A DNA stretch of 10,099 bases from Octopus sinensis (Eukaryota). Every line of letters begins with the position of its first letter. The stretch's first letter is position 1. Below the pieces are notes generated by a model that saw only the letters and a list, made by a program, of their open reading frames with translations, made no database searches and was not told where the DNA came from. Below, piece after piece: positions 1 through 8,552 of the stretch. The DNA lies in assembly GCF_006345805.1 (NCBI RefSeq), contig NW_021827617.1, positions 1-10,099 of the forward strand, given 5' to 3'. Both the position numbers and the translations under genes were made by a program.

Positions 1-1210
1 GAAGAAAGGAATCTAGTAGGGGACAGTTTTTCCCCACTGATATTCATGCTGGGAATGATTCCCTTGAGTGAAATACTACAGAAAACAAAGTTGTGTAATG
101 ATCTGGGAAGAGGTAAGGGAAAACTAAATCACTTGCATTCGTGGACGACCTAAAGATATTCACAAACGTTGTAGAAGAACTGGGTGGAGGCGCAATGGCC
201 CAGTGGTTAGGGCAGCGGACTCGCGGTCATAGGATCGCGGTTTCGATTCCCAGACCGGGCGTCGTGAGTGTTTATTGAGCGAAAACACCTAAAAGCTCCA
301 CGAGGCTCCGGCAGGGGATGGTGGTGATCCCTGCTGTACTCTTTCACCACAACTTTCTCTCACTCTTACTTCCTGTTTCTGTTGTACCTGTATTTCAAAG
401 GGCCGGCCTTGTCACTCTCTGTGTCACGCTGAATATCCCCGAGAACTACGTTAAGGGTACACGAGTCTGTGGAGTGCTCAGCCACTTACACGTTAATTTC
501 ACGAGCAGGCTGTTCCGTTGATTCGGATCAACCGGAACCCTCATCGTCGTAACCGACGGAGTGCTTCCTTCTTCCCAAAGAAGAACTGGACAGCCCTAAT
601 CCAGTCAGTGCGGATTTTCTCCAATGATATTAAGATGGAGTTTGAACTCTTAAAATGTACTACGATGGGGATGAGACGAGGAAAGCTTGTCAGGACAGAA
701 GGCATATGGTTGCCAAATGGTGAAATGATAAAGGTAATTCAACCTCAGTCCAGCTATAAATACCTGGGCATATTTGAGGCTGATGGAATCAAACACAATG
801 AAATGAAGTAAAAGACAAAAGGAGAGCACCTGTGGCAGGTGAGAAAAATATTGGCTTCAATGCTGAATGCTAGGAACATTGCCCATATCACGAACGAATG
901 CCCTAGACTTGCCCAAAACCACTACAAGTTGTGGCGACACGACCAAGTAGCGAAAGTGCTACTTTGGAAACTGTTCGAAAAAGGGGGGCCAGAGAGAGGC
1001 AAGACGTGGTATAAGCACAAACTGCAAAGAGTGGGTAAGTTGGAAACTAGCAAAATCTTATGGGATTTCTCAATCCAAACAGATCAAATGCGAGTACTAG
1101 GAGAGGGGAAAATCAAGAAAGGAATCTTGTAGGGGGACAGAGTTTCCTCATTGATATTCATGCTGGGGAAGGATTCCCTTCAGTGAAATACTACAGGAAA
1201 CAAAGTTGAG
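1..1210 (+). mobile_element. Decayed non-LTR retrotransposon relic, R4/Dong-like RLE clade (RT, zinc-knuckle and RLE fragments), interrupted by a SINE at 184-578
   Basis: Conceptual translation gives RT motifs KKGI**GDSFSPLIFMLGMIPLSEIL (2-95), LNHL..VDDLKIF (~124-161), KEELDSLIQSVRIFSNDIKMEF..KC and SSYKYLGIFEAD (579-790). These are followed by IAHITNECPRLAQNHYKLWRHDQVAK (H-x3-C half knuckle plus RHD motif) and KILWDFSIQTD (878-1084). Multiple stops and frameshifts. Clade call rests on remembered motif similarity. Confidence 0.85.
184..578 (+). mobile_element. Full-length tRNA-derived SINE (tRNA-Arg-like head, octopus OR-type by recollection)
   Basis: Box A-like TGGCCCAGTGG and box B-like GGTTTCGATTCC in the first ~75 nt. 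Exact 11-bp target-site duplication AGAAGAACTGG at 173-183 and 579-589. Removing the insert rejoins the RT reading (DDLKIF...EELDSL). 3' hairpin GTTCCGTTGAT/ATCAACCGGAAC. Confidence 0.9.
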
Positions 1211-1213
1211 TTA

Positions 1214-1768
1214 AGGCGGCGAGCTGGCAGAAATGCTTAGCGGTATTTCGTCTGCCGTTACGTTCTGAGTTCAAATTCCGCCGAGGTCGACTTTGCCTTT
1301 CATCCTTTCGGAGTGGATAAATTAAGTACCAGTTACGCACTGGCGTCGATGTAATCGACTTAATACCTATGTCTGTCCTTGTTTGTCCCCTCTGTGTTTA
1401 GCCCCTTGTGGGTAATAAAGAAATAGGTATTTTGTCTGCCGACTTAAAGGTCGACTTTGCTTTTCATCCTTTCGGGGTCGATAAATTAAGTACCAATTAC
1501 ACACTGGGGTCGATATAATCGACTTAATCCGTTTGTCTGTTTGTCTGTCCTTGTTTGTCCTCTCTGTGTTTAGCCCCTTGTGGGTAGTAAATAAATAGGT
1601 ATTTCATCTGCCGCTACGTTCTGAGTTCAAATTCCGCCGAGGTCGACTTTGCCTTTCATCCTTTCGGGGTCGATAAATTAAATACCAGTTACGCACTTAA
1701 TCCGTTTGTCTGTCCTTGTTCGTCCCCTCTGTGTGTAGCCACTTGTGGGTAGTAAAGAAATAGGTATT
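1214..1768 (+). mobile_element. tRNA-derived SINE: one head followed by three tandem body+tail units
   Basis: Head GGCGGCGAGCTGGCAGAA (with a ~20-nt deletion relative to the copy at 9697). Units start with GGTATT at 1242, 1426 and 1598 (184, 172 and 165 bp), with a residual GGTATT at 1763. Box B-like GAGTTCAAATTCC in units 1 and 3. Shared central block GTCGACTTTGCCTTTCATCCTTTCGGGGTCGATAAATTAAGTACC resembles, from memory, the Meta-SINE domain. Confidence 0.9.
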
Positions 1769-1904
1769 GCGTTTGATTTAGAGATGTTTCTGTTGTGTGT
1801 GGCTTAGAGCAAACGGATTTGCTGGAGAGATATTCCATTTATATTTTTAATTTATATCTGTTAATGCAGGTGGCGCCTGTGTATGTGCCTATGTGTATTC
1901 GAAT

Positions 1905-1930
1905 GTGTGTGTGTGTGTGTATGTGTGTGT
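1905..1930. repeat. (GT)n microsatellite
   Basis: Direct reading of the sequence. Confidence 0.95.
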
Positions 1931-2151
1931 TTGGGCAACTGAGAATATGGTTTTTCGTTCATTCTTTGTGGTAGGTATTTAAAAACGGTAATTTGGTTAT
2001 TAATAAGAATAAGAGAAGGGAAAAAATAAAATAAAGAAAATCAAATACCGAAATGGTATCTAAGGTGTGGCGGAATAAAACATTTTATTGCTCAACTATT
2101 TTGTTTTTTGTTCTGTTACGATGCCGTAAGAATTATTACGTGGCGTGCTCA

Positions 2152-2945
2152 AGTATCTTTTATCTTTCACCTGTTTCGGTCAATGGACTTAGTTAGTTAG
2201 TTAATTTGGCTCAAAAGCAAATAGCAAGGCCATGTAGGGGGACATGGAGTTAAGTACAGGGTGGTGTTCATGTAAAGAGTTCAGGCCACTTGAGGTCAAG
2301 GGAGGCTTTGAAAAAAGCGGTCGTCGGCATCTTCACCATCCTCGTCTGGCAGCTTGTTCCACGGATCCGCACCCGGACGGAGAAAGCTCCTCTCTTCGAT
2401 TGAGATGAAATCGTCGCAGTAGAGCTTTTCGGAATGACCCCGCTCCGACGCTCTGGAGCAGGAGTGAAGAACAGCTCTTTCGAGAGGTTACACTTTCCGC
2501 TTATGATGCTGTGGGCGAGATGAGATCACCACGGCGGCGGCGTTTTTCAAGAGAATAAAGGTCGAGCGTCCTCAGCCTTTCTTCATAGGACAAATTTTTG
2601 AGACCATGAACCATGCGGGTAGCCAGCCTCTGGACTCTTTCGAGATGCTGTATGTCTTTGAGGAGATAAGGGGAAGAGGCTTGAATCCCGTACTCCAATA
2701 TGGGTCTCACCAGCGTGACATAGAGTGGTAGGAATATGGCTGCTGTGGCCATGCTGGGGCGCTACCTTGAAGGGCTCTTGTCGAACACATCGACCTTTGT
2801 ACATATTTGTTTTTACAGCCGTCTGATACTTATTCCATCGGTTTATTTTACCGATCTGCTAAGGTTATGGGGACATAAACAAACTAACATTGGTTATCAA
2901 GCAGTGTGTGTAGGGAGAGGGGAATTGACAAAACACAGACACGCA
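2152..2945 (-). mobile_element. 3' half of a CORE-type SINE, split into 2152-2189 and 2743-~2945 by a LINE insertion
   Basis: Joining ...CTGTTTCGGTCAATGGACT (to 2189) with CTGTGGCCATGCTGG...TACTTATTCCATCGG...GGGGACATAAAC (from 2743) reconstitutes the same sequence as 5773-5950. Confidence 0.8.
2190..2742 (-). mobile_element. 5'-truncated CR1/L2-group LINE: ORF2 C-terminus, 3' UTR and (AACT)n tail
   Basis: IFLPLYVTLVRPILEYGIQASSPYLLKDIQHLERVQRLATRMVHGLKNLSYEERLRTLDLYSLEKRRRRGDLI is the typical post-RT region of CR1-group ORF2. It continues through single-base frameshifts as RGHSEKLY..FSVRV.DPWNKLP..FKASLDLKWPELFT*. 3' UTR hairpin CCATGT/ACATGG (2230-2247). Tail TAACTAACTAACTAA (2189-2203). 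Confidence 0.92.
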
Positions 2946-2984
2946 GCACATTGGCTGGAACAAGTACAATTACATATTCTGTCT

Positions 2985-3490
<506 letters not shown>

Positions 3491-3503
3491 TATCTATCTA
3501 TCG

Positions 3504-3545
<42 letters not shown>

Positions 3546-3585
3546 TATCTCTCTCTATCTATCTATCTATCTATCTTTCTATCTT

Positions 3586-3620
<35 letters not shown>

Positions 3621-3625
3621 ATCTT

Positions 3626-3670
<45 letters not shown>
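3491..3670. repeat. (TATC)n microsatellite with TTTC variant units
   Basis: Direct reading of the sequence. Confidence 0.97.
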
Positions 3671-3674
3671 ATAT

Positions 3675-4180
3675 TTGGAATTTACAAAAAAAAACACAAA
3701 ACAAAAGACGAAGACGGATGGATGTGTAAACAACAAACAGATGTATTAGTTTAACGAACGGGGAGTGAGAAAGTATTTTACGTTTCGAGCCTACGCTCTT
3801 CAACAGAAAGGAATACAGAAATAAACAGAGAGAGAAAATATAAAAAATGCTTTAGTGGCTGGCGATCAATCATGGTGAATGCCGGGCAGAGGTGGTCAGA
3901 CGAGAGGGCTAGGAAGAAGGGGAGATAAAAAAAAGTAGTGGTTATCCCAAAACGAAGGTCCGCGTGCGTGTGTATGTGAGAGCCTGTATGTGCGTGTGAG
4001 TAGGGGCTGGTGACATTGACATGTGCGTGTGTGCATGTGTAGGTGTGTGGATGTTGGTGTGGGTGCTGGGAAGTGGTCAGTACTAGTGTGTGCGGAGTGG
4101 TGTGATGTAGTGCGGTGTGGTATGGTGGTGTGTGATGTGGAGGTGTTTGGCGTGGTGTGGTGGTGTGGGGGAGGCGAGGG
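3675..4180 (-). mobile_element. Probable Penelope-like (PLE) non-autonomous fragment with GT-rich low-complexity interior
   Basis: Minus strand carries CTGTTGAAGAGCGTAGGCTCGAAACGT, the form typical of PLE terminal repeats. No RT or GIY-YIG coding sequence seen. Boundaries are approximate. Confidence 0.5.
3771..3815 (-). ncRNA. Minimal type I hammerhead-ribozyme-like motif (variant core CUGUUGA)
   Basis: Minus strand reads CUUU-CUGUUGA-A-GAGC(GUAG)GCUC-GAAAC-GUA-AAA. Core at 3800-3806, 4-bp stem II at 3787-3798, GAAAC at 3782-3786, GUA triplet at 3779-3781. A6 is replaced by U, and the stem I segment next to the core is only UUU/AAA. Confidence 0.6.
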
Positions 4181-4192
4181 TGATATATATAT

Positions 4193-4403
4193 ATAATGTA
4201 AAGTATAGACCATCTTATCATGGCTAACCACATAGGGGAGGGGGTGTTACTGTAGCTTATACCCCAAGAGATCATTCGTCTCTGCTTGTAATGGTGTCTA
4301 GAGCCATCTAGAGACGAAGATCTCTTGGGGCTATAAAGCTACAGAAACACCCCCTCCCATATGTGGTTAGCCATGATAAGATGGCTTCTATACTTTACAT
4401 TAT
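4193..4403. mobile_element. Fold-back/MITE-like element with ~91-94-bp inverted arms and a 26-bp spacer
   Basis: 4193-4283 matches the reverse complement of 4310-4403 (ATAATGTAAAGTATAGA..CCATCTTATCATGGCTAACCACATA..CCCCAAGAGATC.TTCGTCTCT) with only a few differences. No clean TSD. Confidence 0.85.
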
Positions 4404-4492
4404 CGAGCGATTACTGTTTCAAATCTCATTCTGAGATTTAATTATGCTATACTAATATCTATATATATATATATATAGTTTTCAGTCCGATC

Positions 4493-4729
4493 GCACGTGT
4501 CTCGAGGTGTGCCGGAGAATTTCTATTTGGGATATATTTGGGATATTTAAGTGTGCTCATGACTTAGTGTCTGCTTCTTCCATGGGTATAAGTCAGTATT
4601 TCATTTATTTCTTACCGTATTTATCCCTGACGAGGTGAAAATTTTTATGAATTAACTCTGAAATTGGGACCGATACGATAATAACGGAATTTTCTAGAAA
4701 TTTCTGTCGGCTTACTTCGAGACGCGTGC
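4493..4729. repeat. Imperfect ~35-bp inverted repeat pair enclosing a degenerate hammerhead-like motif
   Basis: GCACGTGTCTCGAGGTGTGCCGGAGAATTTCTA (4493-4525) versus the reverse complement of 4695-4729, GCACGCGTCTCGAAGTAAGCCGACAGAAATTTCTA. CTGACGA at 4627-4633 and GAAA at 4660-4663. Confidence 0.6.
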
Positions 4730-4820
4730 TTATAGTGATAAATTATATGGTTATTGAGGATTTGTCTATTTTCGGCATATTTGGCATTAGAAATTTTTCT
4801 TTTGCCCTTGTTTATAAGTT

Positions 4821-4854
<34 letters not shown>

Positions 4855-5292
4855 GTATAACTATGTGAAATGGTTGAGTTCCATTTCATCCTTTACTTTG
4901 GACAGTTCCAAAGGGGCGATTTCTTACAGATTCTTCATATTTCGTTGATAGCTTACTGGCGTAAGAATTTTGCTAATATGAAATTATTACATGTATATGA
5001 TGTGTAAAGAGAATTTATGGAACAGTATCCCATCGAAACTCAACAAACTGTTAAAAATGGAGAAGAGATGTTAAAATGTTAAAATGTACAATAGTACTAA
5101 GTAATTTATAACATATATACTAGTGCAGACCTAAAATAATTTATTATACACAAAAATAAATTATTTTTGCAGGTTGTTGGCTACGAAAAAATTGTCAACA
5201 TATGGATATCTACTGGTGAAATAAATATATTCATCTCATACTTCCAGACATTACATACAAATATATATATTATATATATATATATATATGAT

Positions 5293-5512
5293 ATATTAAT
5301 TAGTGAATTGAAGAAATGGAGTTGACACGAAGATTGAACAGAAATCGTTTTATTGCATTCTAACACGTGTTTCGAAAGCCACAATTTACCAAATTCCGAT
5401 TGAATATATTCGGAATTTGGTAAATTGTGGCTTTCGAAACACGTGTAGAATGCAATAAAACGATTTCTGTTCAATCTTCGTTCAACTCCATTTCTTCATT
5501 CACTAATAATAT
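5293..5512. repeat. 220-bp near-perfect palindrome (107/103-bp arms, 10-nt loop)
   Basis: 5293-5399 versus the reverse complement of 5410-5512: four single-base indels and no substitutions by manual alignment. Confidence 0.97.
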
Positions 5513-5664
5513 TAAAATTCAATTATCCGCACCAACGCAAGGTTGCAACACCATATGGTTTGTAACCTCCAACCGTGCTGTCTTCTGCTGTGATTTTGCT
5601 ACCAAGGTATCGGTTAAACTTTTGAATTAATCTGCAACAAGATTATTCATCTTTCTATTTCACA

Positions 5665-5706
5665 ATATATATAATATATATATATTATATATATATATAT
5701 CCATAC

Positions 5707-5743
<37 letters not shown>

Positions 5744-5760
5744 GTATATATGTATATATA
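5665..5760. repeat. Interrupted (TA)n microsatellite; other (TA)n tracts at ~4183-4194, 4460-4477, 4826-4852, 5262-5289 and 6176-6210
   Basis: Direct reading of the sequence. Confidence 0.95.
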
Positions 5761-5772
5761 TCTCGTTTACAA

Positions 5773-6173
5773 CTCTTTACTCTTTTACTTGTTTTCAGTC
5801 GTTTGACTCTGGCCATGCTGGAGCACCGCCTTTAGTCGAGCAAATCGACCCCAGGACTTATTCTTTGTAAGCCTAGTACTTATTCCATCGGTCTCTTTTG
5901 CCGAACCGCTAAGTTACGGGGACGTAAACACACCAGCATCGGTTGTCAAACGATGTTGGGGGGGGGCAAACAGAAACACATAAACAAATACACACACACA
6001 TGCATATATATTTACATATATACAACAGGCTTCTTTCAGTTTCCGTCTACCAATTCCACTCACGAGGCTTTGGTCGGCCCGAGGCTATAGTAGAAGACAC
6101 TTGCCCAAGGTGCCACGCAGTGGGACTGAACCCTGAATCAGGTGTTTGGTAATGGTAAGCAAGCTACTTACCA
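5773..6173 (-). mobile_element. tRNA-derived CORE-type SINE with internal (TG)n/(TA)n tract; extreme 5' end lost at a (TA)n array
   Basis: On the minus strand: box B-like GGGTTCAGTCCC (6122-6133), CORE-like CACCTTGGGCAAGTGT (6097-6112; compare MIR core GACCTTGGGCAAGTCA), and tail ...CCAGCATGGCC..GACTGAAAACAAGTAAAAGAGTAAAGAG. Confidence 0.85.
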
Positions 6174-6256
6174 ATGTATATATATATATATTATATATAT
6201 ATATATATATACGTAACCACAGAATGATATAAATATAGATTAAACAGACAGTTGTC

Positions 6257-6347
6257 AATAGATAGATAATTAGATAATAGATAGATAGATAGATAGGTAG
6301 GTAGATAGGTAGATAGATAGATAGATAGATAGATAGGTAGGTAGATG

Positions 6348-6390
<43 letters not shown>

Positions 6391-6441
6391 CTAGCTATAT
6401 AGATAGGAAGTAGATAGATAGATAGATAAGATAGATAGATA
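6257..6441. repeat. (GATA)n microsatellite with GGTA variant units
   Basis: Direct reading of the sequence. Confidence 0.97.
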
Positions 6442-8341
6442 TGTTTTCTTTATTAGCCACACAGGCTGCACACAGATAGAACAAATTACAAGGTAGAGCT
6501 TTTCTTTTGAAGGTTTAAAAAAAAAAAAAGGAAAAAAGGAAGGGGGAGTTTCGATCAAAAGGGGATCGTAAAGGAGAGAAAGAGGACAAAAAAAAGGGAG
6601 AGGAAAAAAAAAATTGGATCAATAGGGATCGTTATCACAGAAATGTCAATATGAAGTGTAAAGGGGAGGACAGGTTGAGGTTTACCCTTGGAAAGAAAAG
6701 CCTACGGAAAAGACCACGGTAACCTCGGTCAATGGAGTCACATGTTATACTTCATTTTTTTTTTTTTTTTGGCAAATAAGCAACTCTCTGTTTTCAATTT
6801 CTGGGTTCATAGGATCATGCTCAAGGTGGCTTCGTCATTCATACGTGCCATTCTTGCTACATTCACCCATCTTTTTTTAAAACATTCGCTAGACAAAACT
6901 TGCCTCTCTACTCTCACTTCCTATTCAAGTGGTACTTGAAGAAGTTGATGAGAGATTGACCAGAGAGGAAAGTGTTTGTCTCCATCCTTTCAGACGCGTC
7001 CACCAGATACATTCTTTCGCCATAGCCACAAGGATGATGAAAATAGCTCTTCCTTCCCGTTTGAAGGAGGGAGGCGTGACATATTAACGATCGACTCAGC
7101 TGATAAACCGACTCGTCCCACACGTGACAGCAGTTGTTTCGACACAAGCCCACAGGTCGAAATTGTTGGACACTGCACGAGTGCGTGCAGAACGGTTTCG
7201 TCGCTCTGACCGCATCTCGGGCAGGTCGGGCCCCGGTGTTTCTCGAGCCGTGTCTGTAGCGCTTATCCCAACGGGTAGCGCTTCTCGGTAGCACTGCCAG
7301 CCAGGATCTCTGGAAGTTGTCCATGGGCCCTGGCCCGAAAGTCGTCCCTGAACAGGCGGGTCAGGTACTCCTCGTCGACGTCCAGGTTCGCCCCGAGCTC
7401 GTCGTCGTACCTCCCTCCACTAAACCCCTATAGAATGCTTTGGTTGTGTTGAAGTCACTCAAGGTCGACCCAGGACGGCAGAGTTGTTGAGAGCACGCGC
7501 GACACTCGCGGTGCCAATCGCCCTTCTTTGGCCTCTTTTTGATCCACGACTGTAGTTCGGTCATGGAGACGAGCTGCTGCGAAAGTGTGCCTCACACGGC
7601 GACCACACCTGTTCACCGTCGTCTACATAGAGCCAGAGATGTCGCAGTCTCAGCGCGTGTCTGCGCATCATCAACCACGGCATGCCCAGCCCTCCTTTTA
7701 GCGGGTGTTGACAGCAAATGGAATCGCCTGAACCATCGGGACGCATCCTTTCCACAAGAAGCGAAAGAGAATGCGTTGTAGTTTGGTGATGGTAGGGTCG
7801 GGACCAGGTACGACGGGTCAGGCGGTAGTAGATGACGGACGCGATGTACGTGTTCGCCACTCCGCCCGACCTTGGGACAGTTTCCCCTCTCGGCCATTGC
7901 CGGGCGAGAGTGACCACCCTACTCGTTATCTCGTCGTCCTCCGTTGTCTTCTCCACTTGGAGGTCCGGACCAAACCAGACCCCGAGCAACTCAACCGGGC
8001 CGTCGGTCCAGCGTCCCACGACGGAGCGCTGGTGGACGGCATGGGCTTGCTTCTCCAGGTGCCTAGTCGCAAGCCCACTGACTTTTCCCGGTTGATTTTG
8101 CTCCTGTCACCGCTTCGTAGTTTTTCAGTGTCTCGCCGACCTGCTCGATGTGGCTCGTGGCTAGACACTATGACGGTGACGTCGTCCTCGCGTATGCAGA
8201 CACGCTCGTCGCCCCGCATCCCAGTTCTCGCGGTATGCCCTCTCAAGTTGCCAGCTTCTCGCAATAATTGGCTCGAGAGTCAATACGTATAGAAGCGACG
8301 AGAGGGGCATCCCTGACGGACCGAACGTGCGATTGTCGAAG
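6442..8341 (-). mobile_element. L1/Tx1-clade LINE copy B: 5'-truncated within RT, C-terminal ORF2 plus ~365-nt 3' UTR
   Basis: Frameshift-corrected translation gives IARSVRQGCPLS.LLYVLTLEP, SAYADDVTVIVS (YADD at 8181-8194 carrying a 2-nt insertion), VELLGVWFGP, HPLKGGLGMP, and a CCHC knuckle CPRCGQSDETVLHALVQC (C-x2-C-x8-H-x4-C, 7170-7223). Stop codon at 6807-6809 and AATAAA at 6449-6454. Confidence 0.93.
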
Positions 8342-8364
8342 AGATAGATAGATAGATATGTAGG

Positions 8365-8421
<57 letters not shown>

Positions 8422-8440
8422 GTAGGTAGATAGGTAGATA
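8342..8440. repeat. (GATA)n array between LINE copies B and C
   Basis: Direct reading of the sequence. Confidence 0.97.
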
Positions 8441-8552
8441 TGTTTCTTATTAGCCCCACAGGGCTGCACACAGATAGAACCAATTACAAGGTAGAGCTTT
8501 TCTTTTGAAGATAAAAAAAAAAGAAAAAAAAAGAAGGCAGGGGAGTGTTCGA
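8441..8552 (-). mobile_element. L1/Tx1-clade LINE copy C: last ~112 nt of the 3' UTR
   Basis: Reverse complement TCGAACACTCCCC..CTTCAAAAGAAAAGCTCTACCTTGTAATTGGTTCTATCTGTGTGCAGCCCTGTGGGGCTAATAAGAAACA matches the 3' ends of copies A and B. Confidence 0.9.

Noticed and set aside
184-260. Possible tRNA-Arg gene
   Set aside because: The cloverleaf is imperfect and continues into a ~320-nt body bounded by an 11-bp TSD. It is a SINE head.
318-521. 67-aa hydrophobic ORF
   Set aside because: Lies wholly inside the SINE body.
1242-1768. CRISPR-like or satellite array
   Set aside because: Units are 165-184 bp with no unique spacers, and they match dispersed SINE copies at 9450 and 9697 in a eukaryotic context.
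3778-4275. His/Thr/Pro-rich ORFs (165 and 111 aa)
   Set aside because: Translation of degenerate (CA)n/(CAC)n low-complexity sequence on the minus strand.
5173-5215. Candidate 43-nt exon (TTTTTGCAG ... GTGAAA); similarly 9004-9059 (GACAG ... GTAACT)
   Set aside because: Splice-like signals alone are common in AT-rich DNA. 9004-9059 gives stops when joined in phase to 8868-8948, and no peptide is recognisable.
5181-5630. Two ORFs sharing the peptide ECNKTISVQSS on opposite strands
   Set aside because: A direct consequence of the 5293-5512 palindrome.
5520-5632. Minus-strand frame LIQKFNRYLGSKITAEDSTVGG after a TTGTTGCAG acceptor, resembling the RT motif YLGS
   Set aside because: Too short, with no flanking RT motifs and no convincing splice donor.
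6755-6770. A16 run on the minus strand as the LINE poly(A) tail
   Set aside because: Homology with copy A continues ~300 nt further to AATAAA at 6449-6454, so the run is internal to the 3' UTR.
6976-8292. Plus-strand ORFs at 6976, 7539, 7771 and 7832
   Set aside because: Antisense to the GC-rich LINE ORF2, where stop-poor frames are expected. No recognisable motifs.
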